NCBI GenBank assembly: GCA_964035545.1
Contig: OZ037773.1
Span: 9,949,751-10,013,750 of the forward strand
DNA from: Bugula neritina
Lineage: Eukaryota > Animalia > Bryozoa
Direction: 5' to 3'
DNA length: 64,000 nt
In this document: piece by piece, positions 27,238 through 44,190 of the stretch
How the letters are laid out: the number at the start of each line of letters is the position of its first letter
Position numbering within the stretch: position 1 is the stretch's first letter
Program-made: the position numbers and the translations under genes
The notes under the pieces: generated by a model
Seen by the model: only the letters and a program-made list of their open reading frames with translations
What the model was told of the DNA's origin: nothing
Databases searched by the model: none

Positions 27238-27475
27238 GATTCTTTGGGTGGTAGTTTAGATTTCTGCTGAATCTGAGACTATGATTTGAGATGCAAAACT
27301 CTTTCCTTATATACTCAAGAAAAGTCATCAATCTTTCACCTTAATTTTTTGATTTGAGGGTTCACTTCTAAATAAGGAAACACTGCTGTAATTTATCACA
27401 AATTATGTGTATCTGTACGCGTGAGGAAAAGGAAGGAATATTTATTTGATTGATAGTCGGTGAAGTAATCTGGTG
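27238..27475 (-). promoter_or_regulatory. G5 promoter and 5'UTR
   Basis: TATATAA 27307-27313; conserved block intact. Confidence 0.72.
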
Positions 27476-29729
27476 CCGCCCAGTACCTGACTGTGAATAT
27501 TGTTACAGCTTCTCTAAAACAATCTTTTGATTTATTATTTAGAGTAGGTGTTAGTCTATTTCTAGAAATCTATGATTAAATCATAGGAGTTCATGAGGTG
27601 AAACTCAAAATAGGAAATGCGAGTCAATCAACATGTTGCATGCCATAATAAGATTATACTTTACTTTGTGATTATATTATGCTTATACTTAAATTGATTA
27701 CTTTTATATTATTTTCCGAGTATACGTTTATGCAATTATTTTTATCTGCATACATTTTTATTGCCCAGAATATGCATGGTTGCTTATAAGATTTTCAACA
27801 CAGATAGGTCTCACCGGGGATTTATATATGCACAACCGCCATAACCCAACTTAAGTGCATTAGTTTAGATAGTTTCAATAGCTAAATTCTATTAGTTTGT
27901 AAATAAATGTTGGTTTGGGGCACAGGTTGAAGTTCTTAGAAGTTTTTGCTGCATTTATAATGTGAAAATCATCATTTTCTCAATTTCTCGATTACGGCAT
28001 GACCTGCTTCCAAAGTTAAAATGTTTTCCCTACATTTTCTTTTGAACCACTTAGTTTTCAGAAAGCTCAGAATTGTATAAACTTATTACTCTAAGTTATG
28101 GAACTAACTTAAGGTAATATAAGTTTTAAATCAATTTGTTGTATTCTGGGAAAATTTTTAATTTTAATAAAGTCATCGACAAAGGTTTCATATAAATCAA
28201 ACATTTCCAAGCAATCTGCATCATTTTTACTCAATCTTATCCACTTCACTAGCCAATTAGCAGACCCTGGTGTCTGACTGAAACTAACCATCATTTTTAT
28301 AACTGGCCGTCATGAGCTCTTGTTCTATAGGAGGTGTGATAGGAAGTATTAAAAGTTGAACATATGCACACTTTATATTCAAACTCATGTTTATTTCATA
28401 TGGTAATGGTGTTTAAAAATAAAGAAACAGAAATAGATAGAATGTTTGTGTAATATTGTTCCATGTGCTATTGAAAAGTTAAAAAGTATTATAATGTTTG
28501 AAAATATTATGTTAAACAGTTTAAGGCACATTTAAGGCAAATAATATGTTTGACTTTGAAATTCTCTGCTCAGTTGTAGGTAAACAATTCATACTAAAGT
28601 GGGTCATGATACAAACATTATTTTTACCAAAAAATTAAAGATTTAATTACATGATAATTCATCAAAAAAGTTTTATTTTTGCCATTGTGATAGTGTTTTA
28701 CCGAAAATTTTCTTATATAATTATTAATACCAGCGGCCAAGAAAATGTGAATTTTTAATGCTCACTTTTTTCAGAAGTTAGACACAAATTACATGAATCA
28801 CACTTCTTCTTTAACCCTCTCAAGTGCTTAGCTCGTTTAATTATATTTAATGCTATTAATAGTTTGCAGTAACCGGCCATTTTCTACTTTTTTGGATAAT
28901 TGACAAAAAAGCTCTGAAAAAAATTATCAAGTCTTCCTTACAGATAATTTGCTTGTCATTTGAAGCCAAGTTATATTCTAGAGCATGTTTTGTGACCCAT
29001 GGTTGACCTTGGCTGTTTTCTAAAAATATGATTTATATCTATTGGCGCTAGAAGAATTATGTAATTACAAAAATTGTATATGTTGTTTATCTATATATGT
29101 GTAAACACAAATGGTATATAAAAATCCTAATACAGACCATAATAATCTTATAAATAGAAAATGTTTTTTCCTAGTTTTATTTCAAATTTTTGTTATCAGG
29201 AAATAAGAGTGAATAATTTCTTATATTATTTAGCTGATGCAAACCAAATACAGAAAATTCCTGCTATTGAAAAATTTGGTAATTTTTTTAATTTAAGACA
29301 TGTAGCATGTTTATGTTGTTTTTAAAGATGCAATACATTAGTTATGGTAATTTTATTGGTTGTCAAGGTTATGTGTCAAGGTTATGCTAAATACTTATCT
29401 GATTGTTTGAAACATAGCCTGTGATTCAATACAGTAGAACTGAGAATCTACATCTAATCCGCATATCAACTCAACGTCTTGTAGGCATGCGAGAGGAGAC
29501 AACTCTATTTTCATGTCAATGAATATTTATTTTATCAACTAACATAAAAAATTAGTCATAGAAGCACATTTGTTCCCAAATAATGCTAAAAATCAAATAT
29601 GTTAGTTTAAATTACAAAGCAATAATTCCTAAATAAATTGTGAGAAATGCTAAAAGTAAAAGAGGTAAAGTTAGAAATCTTCCCAATCCCGTATAAGACA
29701 TCATGTCTTGTTAGTCACTTGAAATCTTT

Positions 29730-33608
<3,879 letters not shown>

Positions 33609-34030
33609 GTTGTCTATTAGATGTAAGTTTAGATAATGCTGTAGAAGTAAAATTTTTCTATCTTATATAGCAAATTATTGCCAAGGCACTTTGGGTTTGA
33701 GATTTTAGGGCATCGATTGTAGAAAATGAATATTCCACCTTCTATTTATTATCATAATTATTTAATTTTTTGTTAATTACAGCAAATTTTAGTCTGTTGA
33801 AGTGTCAGTTATAAAACAAATATTTGAGCAACTTAGTGCATTCAAATATAGCTTAGGGCGGTTTGGCTTCAATACAACGCCTTTCGCTGCATTATGTTAT
33901 CTATTTATGAAATATGATTGAAAAGATATTGAGGAATTTAATTAATTAGCAATTAACATTTGTTTGTCATTTAAATTATTATAATAATTATTATAATATA
34001 GTGTCTCTTTGTGTCAACATGTCTTTGTCA
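33609..34030 (-). promoter_or_regulatory. G6 promoter, homologous to the G8 promoter
   Basis: TATA plus shared blocks CAAGGCACTTTG, ATTTGAGCAACTT, AGGGCGG, TTTAATTAATTAGCAATT, ATTTGTTTGTCATT (plus-strand spelling). Confidence 0.65.
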
Positions 34031-36648
34031 ATTAAAACAATTGTAATTGCTTTTGCATAATAGAAATTATCTAGAAAATATGATTAGCAAATTCAGCTAA
34101 GAGAATTTCAATCACGTCATATATAATGCATAGCATGTAGCTATACTAGCCCCAAACACAGCAAAGTGATTGTATAGCAAACGTTAACATCAACAGTTTT
34201 TTGCACAAAAGCCTTTTTATACTCTACAGAAACATGGATGTGTCTCACTAGAGAACTAACGCTGTCACCTCATGACCTCGCTGTCATCTCATGACCTTGC
34301 TGTCAGAAAAGCTGTGAATAGACACCAGCTCCCTTCAAGATATGACATTTTCTGTCTTATACAATAATGTTAAAAAAAATTGATTAAGATGTCATGTAAT
34401 GGTTATAATTATACACCATTATTTATATAATGTCATCCTTTTTAGATGGGAGCTTTTTTAATCAAAATATGGAGTTTTATGATCATGATATATCATATTA
34501 GATCATATTGCACTATTTTACATTATACTGCATTACATTATTTTATATTACTTTATGTTAAATTATATATAGCGTTATATCACTTTATACTATATTACAT
34601 TACATTATATTAAATTATATTATGTAATATTAAATATTGTTTTTTATATTACATTATATATTAATTTATTTTACAACTCATGTATTTTTTATAACATAAT
34701 TTTAAATGTAGAAAATGATATATTTAAATTTTTAAAATTCTTTGTTTCTTAAATTATTACTTATTATATCTACCAATACAGACTAAAAACGTTTAATTTA
34801 ATTCGTTTAGATTACCCTTTAATATTAAATTAATTATTGAATATATTTTTTAATTTCCACGCCTCCAGGATGTCACTGTGTTCCTATAAACTAATAAATT
34901 AGCAGCACAAAAGTACATGACTTACATAAAGTTATTAGAAAAGGTATTTATGCCAGTTCTAAGGCAACTACACCCTTTTCACTAATTAGGCTACGAAGTT
35001 AGGTAAATTATGCGTTGCTTGGTGACACAGGGTCTGCTAAAGTTATCATGACCTGAATGGTGCGCATCTAAAACTCTAATTGATGAAGAGTTTTTATAAT
35101 TCATGCTACAAATGATACACCCAGGAAAACTAAATGGATTTTTAACACTTGTGTCAATTAACTCGAGTTAGTAATTACTGTAGAAATACCTTAACCTTTC
35201 AAGTATGTATGTCTTGGGAAACAAGATGTAGATATATTTTATACTCTCAACTTACTTTGTATTTTGGTGATCGGCTTTTTTCAGGAACACACTACTATTC
35301 ATTAGACAAGCAGAACAGGAAATAAACTAGAAAGTAGTACACAAGATGAGAGCTACAAAAAGCTATAATAATAACAAAACAACTAGCTGAGAGAAAGTTG
35401 ATCACAGTAGTGAATAAAAGCATAGAAAGTCATGACTACGTATACTATGATAAATTTTTTTCGAGTGTGTGATGTATAAAACTTTCAATACTTTTTACCC
35501 GATAGGTTTTATATTCAATGTTTATATAACTTAATAAACTATATACATATCATACTAAACTATATACATATCATACATGCATATAAAGGAAATCAGTCTG
35601 TTTATAAAATGATTGGCTTATTATTAACTCAGACTGATACAGCTTTAACAACATTTTGCAGGAAAACAAATCAGCTTACACTGACACCTGAGTCATCAGA
35701 GTTTAAAGATTTTAGTGTAAAAAATCTTCAAAGTAATCTTGAACAAACAAAAAAGAATAAATCCTGTGTATTGTTTTCGAGCACACAGCTTAAGGACCAG
35801 GCATGTATATTTACTTTTGTAGGCTTGTTTATATTTTTATTTACTGAAAATATAACAACTTTATTCAATTCCTTATAAAACCCTCAACTGCAGTTTCTAG
35901 TTCACTGAATTTTATATAGATTGCAAGATTAGAAGAAGTATGGCATAATGTCTTTTCTAAAGAACTATAGCTTGCATAGGTTTACTAAAAAGTAGTTTTA
36001 TGTATTGCATTTCAATGTTTCTATACTTTTGCTACAATCTATTTTAGATGTAATATATATAACTTGATATTTACTATGTTTATATATAAGCTATTATACG
36101 TGTCATATGGCACAAGAAAAACTTTGGTTTCTAGTTTGCTAAAGTCGTTAAATTTCTAAACTTATCTTATTAAGACCATAATGTTGCTTGCTGTTTTATA
36201 TATTATATATGAATGTATTATATACGGTAATTTTTTATATGAAAAACACTAACAATAATTGCTATCATTGTTGCTATATTATTGTGTCAATTTTTGTGAA
36301 CTTGTACCTGCTTATGTTTTTCCTTCATTTAAAATGATTTGTAAACTTATAAACGCAGCTTTATGTGTTATCATGTAATCTTTGCTAATTAATGTTACAT
36401 AATATAAAATCATAATTTATTTTGTTCTCCAGCTACATTTATTATGTCATCTAGTGTACTAAAAATGACAATTATATAAGTTGTCAATAATGAAATAACA
36501 TGTTGTTTAGGTTTACATTTAATATAAAGCAATTATTGTTAAAACCTATAATAGAAAAACATAACTTTATAGAAGCAAGAATGCGTGAACATATAGAAAT
36601 AGAACATACAGCACGTTGCATCGTGTCCTTCTATGAACCCTGAATATA

Positions 36649-38545
36649 CTAATCATCAGCAGTTTCTCCATAAACTACAGAAATAATAAATACAACAACA
36701 TGAATATATGTATTATAAATATTGTAGGTGCATGTATCTAACCAATTAAAAGCAAATAATAAAGTGTTAAATAATTGAAATTGAAGAGCCCAAAGAGATA
36801 ATTTTAGACATTTAAATAACAATTTTAGGTTTTCGTGATTATAATGCTTAGTATTAAATTGAAAAGAAAGTTTTCAAACAATCTTTTTTTATAAATCTCG
36901 ATGAATAGAATAATTCTCTTGTGTCTAGCCACACATTCAGACAAGGAGTTCTGAATGTGTTTTCTTAAACAAATATTAGATCTTTTGCAAGAACAGCCAT
37001 CAATTAAGAAGTATTATTTACACTTCTGTCACTATATGGCATAACATAATGAACATGATATTATTAAAGGAAAAAGTTTTTTACCCCAAAATCTTTTTTA
37101 AAAACGTGATTTAAATTTCACATTCGACAACTTTATTTCATGGCATCTATTTAAAGCTGTAGATGTTGTAAGCTGCTTTGTTGCTATGACAACAGCTCAG
37201 TATTTTACTATTGCTAGAAGTTGCACACTCACCTCTGCAGCAGGCTCTGCAGAATCGATCTTTTGCTGAAAGTGGAACAGCTGGACGTCTGCTTCCGATC
37301 AAGGGGCGAGTAGTTGGGCATTGCATCATGTCACAAGTCTCGGAGCATTTTTCCAGGCTGAGCTGTGGTCTCGGGTTTGCTAAAAATAACTTATTTGTGA
37401 AAAAATGGGTGCGCAATAAAACCGTACTTCTTTTTGAAATATCTCACTTTATAGCCTATAGGAAAACAATATCGGAGCTTAACTTGTGTTACTACATATA
37501 CTTATAAATCAAATCAAGATACTGTATTTGGGTATAAAATGCTATTATAATTTAAAAATGACAATTTTAAACTTGGTGTTAAAATGCATAATAAAGGCAA
37601 AACTTCCTTAATCTTTTAAAGTCACTGTGGTAATATGTAAAATGTAATCATGATATTTCCTTATTTATTCTTAATGTGTTAGAAAAGTTTATACATGTAT
37701 CAGTTCTTCTAATTGGTCTGGGTCTCCTACGTCCACCTAGTCGTCTAGCCGAAATGCATCCTAAAAACATAAATCATAATAAATATTTTTACAAATTAGG
37801 ATTTGAGTTGTGAAGTGAAACAAATGATTTGTATAAACATGGCTGTTATGTCTGACTATGTCAATAAAACTGATAAAGTTTGCACAGTATATAAGACACA
37901 TACACTGAAATTTTATCAACAACATTTTAATTTAATAAGAAGCATAAGATAATTAAAAATAGTCTAAGATATATTCAGTAAACTCACCAATAAGGACTGC
38001 AAGAAGGAGAATTATCAAAACTTTTCGGTCTAAAAATAATAGTATGTAAGAACATATGATACTGCATGGTTAAACATTTCTCAGACTTCTTTAGCTAAAC
38101 AAAGTACAAGAACTTTTTGCAAAGATTTGAAGTTATATTTTAATCATGACAAATATTCTATTTATAGAGAGATAGTGTAGGTTTTAATTTATTGTGAATT
38201 TTCAAACAATTAAGTATAACAGTTAAATAAAATTTATGTCAAAATATGTAACTTGAAAAGAATTAACACACGTTTTTGCATCCTTAAAATAATACTATAA
38301 GTTATTATATATGTATATATAGTTTCATGACTATATAAAGTTTTCATTCATCATATAGAGCTAGGTAATACATAGGCATTCAATTGTTGTAGAGTTCAAA
38401 AATAAATAATAAAGTAAATAAAATTTATTTTAATATAATATATTTTAATATAATTATATTATATTTAATTTGCTCACACTGTTAAAATAAGAATATGCAA
38501 ATTGATATTATAAAAAATCAATAAACATTATACCAACTTACACAT
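36649..38545 (-). CDS. G7: secreted Arg/Pro-rich peptide with a six-Cys degenerate TSR-derived domain, 94 aa
   Basis: Exons 38542-38545, 37988-38029, 37695-37760, 37233-37379, 36649-36674. MYRKVLIILLLAVLIGCISARRLGGRRRPRPIRRTDTSNPRPQLSLEKCSETCDMMQCPTTRPLIGSRRPAVPLSAKDRFCRACCRVYGETADD*. Frame is open across all phase-1 junctions; the exon 3 donor (GTATAA) is weak. Confidence 0.78.
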
Positions 38546-38672
38546 GATGCTTTGAGCCGTAGTTTAGATTTCCGCTGAATCTGAGACTATGATTTGAAAT
38601 GTAAAACTCTCTCCTTATATACTCTAGAAAAGTCATCAATCTTTTTCTTTAAATTCTTTGGTTTGATGGTTC
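38546..38672 (-). promoter_or_regulatory. G7 5'UTR and core promoter of the G1-G5 type; distal block not retained
   Basis: Near identical to G1 4258-4385 including TATATAA, then diverges. Confidence 0.7.
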
Positions 38673-40247
38673 AATTTTCCGCAAAGAAATGCACTGAAAA
38701 TGCTTCAATTTATTTTTAATTATTAGTATTTGTGTGCTTAGTTAAAAGGAAATGATGCCTGTTTGTTTCATGTGATTGGCATCGCTAGCTACTAGACTAG
38801 GTGTCTAGAGATGATCATATCATTTAGTACTTGGAAAAAAATATTCATCCATCATCAAAGTCTATAACTACAGTATATGAAGCATCACTTTGAGTTAGCT
38901 TCAGCTCCCATATTGGTTGAATAAATACTGTAGTAGTTTCAATTAGTTTAATTGCTCACTCATTACTTGTTCGTTCAGCAGAGTTTATATCTCTTTTGTT
39001 AATGATGCTTTAAAGGTTATATAAGTGCAGTTATATAATTAGTAGACTGAGTAGCTATAAGTTACCAAATAACTACCATGAAGTACAGTTTTTACTACTA
39101 TCGATTAGTAGAATGCAGTTTGTGGAAGTACACTATGCTGAATAGCTAGTATATAGATATAAAATCATGATAAATACTTTATTCAATTATATAGAAAGAG
39201 CATTGAGTTGTATGTGTGAGGTGTGCAGAGTTGCATAATAACTTAACAATATATATTTTTGTAAGAAACATTCTACATAGAATACACTCCTATATGTTAA
39301 CTTGCAGCTGTTTATTACTTAAACACTCTATAATATAACACACTTCATCCATGCAACAATAAAATGCTTATATATGTTTTAGCTATCTGAGGGCTCTTGC
39401 TACAAAACTATTGCACCTAATTAGAGCTCTGTCAATAACATCTTCCTGTTTTTGCTATATGTATGTTTATGTATTATTTTCTTTAATTTAAACCAATGAC
39501 AAACAAACATTATTCACCATAATCAGAACAAGCAATGAAGAAGCAAAAAAGTTGCACCATTACTATCATTTTTAATAAGAAATTATATAAACTCTGTTAT
39601 TATATAAAAAATTATTGATAGCAAGCAGATGCTGGCATTAAAAGAATAAAATTTTAATGTAAACAAGTATAATTTATAGACTGATAAACTTCATGTGAAA
39701 CTATACAATTATTTTCAATAATCTGCAAAGCTTTTTGGATTTATCAAAATATTTCATTGCAGTAATTTTGTTGTGTTCAATCTATTTAATAAACACGTTA
39801 TAATTATGTTAACATTGCTTGTTTTCATAATAGATTCTTATACAAATTATTCTCATTAATGCTATATTATTGCGACCATGTTCTTTGTGTTGAAAATATA
39901 CAATTATTTTGTAAAATGCTGCAAGTTGATAAAAGTCTTCAAGCTATCTTCCCTTTGTTAATTTGACTTCTAAACAGAGCAGATTTGATTGCAAGTTACA
40001 TAATATACAAAGATATTTTTTTCAACCATAGCTGAATTTATTACATCATCTAACATGCCACAATTGCACAAAACATAATTATAAAAGTTATTATTAATAA
40101 AATATGTTGTTCATATACTATAAAGCAAGTATTTAAACCTATATTACACGTGTATAATTATGTGAAAGTAAGAATTCGTGAAACTAGAAATGGCTTTTCA
40201 AGGGGTATACAACCCTTAATCATATCTTTCTATAAATCTTTTGGCTC

Positions 40248-43200
40248 TTAATCGTTGGAAGTTTTTCCATAATCTACAAAACAATAAATACAATTAATTT
40301 GATATTTTTATGTTGAAAGGAGTGAAAAAGCAGACAAAATGCTATAATTATAAACTATTTAATAACATAATTTAGAAAGAGGTAATATCAATATATAAGA
40401 AAGAGAGTTTGGCTGATAATGCTTTATTCCAAAGTGGTATATTCAATTTCCAACATTAAAAAACTTCAAACTCTTCTGTTAGCTTAGAGTTTTCCTAAAG
40501 TTGCTTTTTATTTCTTTAGCTCTCATAATTTATTCACATCATCACAGCAACCATATCTGTTTTCCTAAAGCTTTGTTCGCGTATAAGTTGTATACAGTTG
40601 CAACTTTTATTTGGGAATTATCTGATCATGTACAATTTGGAGTTGCTCACCTCTGATCTCTTCTGGCTTTCCAGAGCAGTATTTCCCATTGCATGATGGG
40701 AAGGGTCGACTGCAAGTTCTTGTTCTCTTCTGGATGGTAGACTTGAGTCCACCATAACTCATCCAGTGTGACCAGTAGGACCATTGTCCATCAACTGTGA
40801 GTAGACATGGTCACCATTAAAGTTGCAAAATAAAAGATCAATATAACAAAATAAATATTATTTTCAGTTTTTTATCAGTGCAGGATAAATAGTCAAACTT
40901 TTTAAAAGTAATTTATTTTTGATATATTTTCAACATCAGTTAATTTTTGTTACTTTTATAATAAGCAATTATTTAGTGAGTTGAATTTGATTTAAATTTA
41001 AAACTTTTTTACTTTTGAAAGTATTATTTAAAGCGCCGACCTTATAAATTTCAAAAAAGAATATATAAGCCATTTAGATATTTACCGAGTTCTTAGAGTT
41101 TGAACAGGTTTTGATAAAAGAGTTAGAGACAGTATAATAACTGAACAAGTTTTTTTGTCAAGAATAATGAGTTCTTGGTTGTCAAAATGAGACAATTTAC
41201 CTGCACAGCAGCCCAAGGTACATGCCCGTCTCTCAACTACTGGACCAGTGCATCCATGTGCAAGCCTGGTGTCACAGTGCTTTACTCGACTTCGCACCCC
41301 AACTCCACAGCTTGTAGAGCAACCAGACCATGGACTGTACAGACTGGCAGTCTGTTGTGCTGTGTTAATGAAATATAGAACAATAAAATAAAGCAACAAT
41401 TACATAAAACATGCACTGTTCTAATAAAGAGATTGCATAGGTCTGCTCAAACAGCTGCAAGGAATAAAATAGTTATAACTGTGAAATACACTACAATAGT
41501 TAAAATATATACTGAGGTAAAAGTGGTTAAAGCTTCTGAAGATTTGGATTGATACTAAATGATATCTAGGTAGGAAACAAGCTAGATCTAAGTTGAAATT
41601 AGTTTTGTTGGATGTATTGAAAGACAAGTTATACATATAATATAAAAAGTTACCAAAATGAGGGAGTCCTAAAGATCCGTGGGCAACTGGTTGATAAACT
41701 TTTGGGTCTTGTTGTCCGCTATTTGGCACAGCTGGTGCATGGTGAGCTGGAGCCGGTGCATGGTGGGCTGGGGCCGGTGCATGGTGAGCTGGAGCTGGTG
41801 CATGGTGAGCTGGAGCTGGTGCATGTTGAACTGGAGCCGGTGCATGGTGGGCTGGAGCCGGTGCATGGTGGGTTGGAGCTGGCGCATGGTGAACAGGAGC
41901 TGGTGCATGGTGGGCTGGAGCTGGTGCATGGTGAGCTGGAGCCGGTGCATGGTGTGCTGGAGCTGGTGCATGATGAGCTGGAGCCGGTGCATGTTGAACT
42001 GGAGCCGGTGCATGGTGGGCTGGAGCTGGTGCATGGTGAACTGGAGCTGGTGCATGGTGGGTTGGAGCCGGTGCATGGTGAGCTGGGGCTGGTGCATGAT
42101 GACTTGGGGCCGGTGCATGGTCAACAGAAACTGATGTAAGAGGAACTGGAGCCGGTGCATGGTGGGCTGGAGCCGGAGCATGGTGGGCTGGAGCTGGTGC
42201 ATGGTGGGCTGGGGCCGGTGCATGGTGGGCTGGAGCCGGAGCATGGTGGGTTGGAGCCGGAGCATGGTGGGTTGGAGCCGGTGCATGGTGGGCTGGAGCC
42301 GGTGCATGGTGGGCTGGAGCTGGTGCATGGTGGGCTGGAGCCGGTGCATGGTGGGCTGGAGCTGGTGCATGGTGGGCTGGAGCCGGTGCATGGTGGATTG
42401 GAGCCGGTGCATGGTGTGCTGGAGCCGGTGCATGGTGGGCTGGAGCATGGTGGGCTGGAGCTGGTGCATGGTGGGCTGGAGCTGGTGCATGGTGGGCTGG
42501 AGCCGGTGCATGGTGGGCTGGAGCTGGTGCATGGTGGCCATGTCCAGCAATTATTGAGTGATGAGCAGCCATTGGTTTGTGCACATCATGGTAAAGCTGC
42601 TTTCCATGAACCGGCTTTACAGAGTCTGCTGAGATGTGGCCTGAAGCAGAAACAAAGTAAGAATATTAACATGCCACTGATATAGTATGGCTTCTAGTGA
42701 CTACATTGGAATATCCCACAGTTTGATGACAGTTTCTTTCTATAAAAGTTTCGTTCCCTCCACTGGGATTCAAACTGGAGACCTCTGGCTTTCAAGCTAA
42801 TCATTACACCACAAGAGCTACAGGGTGAACTCAACACTGAACTCTTTATGTTACAAAGTTAAATGCCTGTATTGAAAGTCAATTATCTTTTAAAACATTC
42901 CATAGCTCACTCAAACCATTACCCTTCAACTCTTAATACTGACTGATAAATGCAGGACATCACTCGAAATTTACTAGTTTAGTTTTAACATGAACCGTTC
43001 AATCTTTATATATTGCTATCTAACACATTTGATTACCTATTCAATTATAGTATGAGAAATATAATACTTACCAGCCACAATCACAAGCACTAGTATGGAA
43101 AGACTCTTGGTATCTAAAAATGAAAATGTTACAAGGTAAGCATAGAAGTAGCATAGAAATTATAAACAATGCAATCATTTTAGATCTCCAGATGTGTAAG

Positions 43201-43818
43201 AAGCATATAATATATTCCATCAATTGTTTTATGATTAGAAACTCATAAAAACTCCTAATTTTTATACAAATATAAACCAGCTGTTCACTTGTATTATTTA
43301 TGTTTTTTCATCGTTTAAATAAAACTGTAAACATGCATGCATGCTATACCACGTATTTATTTATTTTTTATTATCATTTTATTTACAAGTCAGCTGTGAT
43401 TCAACACTAGATTTTTTCACTTTTAAAGTAAACAGAACTAACTTAGTAATCTAAGAATACAATAAGACAAACACAAAAATAATTTTTGTTAAAAAATTAT
43501 ATAATAAATCATTTAATAAAAAGTTATAAAATTATAAAAAAATTGAATTTTTAAATGCCAAACAGGAAAACTTTTTATTTCGTTTAACATTTGACTTTTT
43601 AAAACATTAACAAATTGTAATAATACCATTTAGTTATTGGTAAATGATGTTTTTTGAATAAATATATTTCATGCAGCGTTTAAATCAAACTATTCAGATT
43701 ATTTACGATGTTGAACATTAAAATTTGATATAATACAATGCTCTATATGAATAAAAGGCAATACAGTAAAATAGAACTCTGTACAATAATAAAGTATTTA
43801 CTCTGTCTACTTACACAT
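40248..43818 (-). CDS. G8: secreted (HHAPAPA)n protein with C-terminal TSR1 + reduced TSR2, about 453 aa
   Basis: Exons 43815-43818, 43072-43113, 41654-42640 (987 nt), 41201-41359, 40651-40794, 40248-40273. MYTKSLSILVLVIVAGHISADSVKPVHGKQLYH...; ends DYGKTSND*. TATAAAA 43872-43878. Confidence 0.9.
42753..42826 (-). mobile_element. Degenerate tRNA-like SINE head in G8 intron 2
   Basis: Minus strand reads ccctgTAGCTCTTGTGGtg...gaggtctccaGTTTGAATCCcagtggaggga (A-box and B-box like); not seen in the homologous G6 intron. Confidence 0.5.
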
Positions 43819-44190
43819 CTTGGCTGCTCAACCCACTGTTGGTTAATGCCAGAAAAGAAATCAAAATGCTGTTTTATAGCAAAGCTGGTTGCTCAAGGCA
43901 CTTTGTCATTTGAAAGAAATGTACCCCTCCTTCTAATAGAATGACTATTCTGATACTTTGTTAATTAACTCAAAATAGCAGTGGTGTCAACTGGAAAGAG
44001 GCATTTGAGCAACTTGGTACGTTCACATTTAGCAGAGGGCGGGTCTTTGCAAATCAAATGCATTTTAATGGCGTTATGTTATTATAATCTAAAAAATGTT
44101 GTGGTATTTAATTAATTAGCAATTACTATTTGTTTGTCATTAAAATTATTATATTAATTATTATATTATAGTTCCTCTTAGTGTCAACAT
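43819..44190 (-). promoter_or_regulatory. G8 promoter
   Basis: TATA plus blocks shared with G6. Confidence 0.65.
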
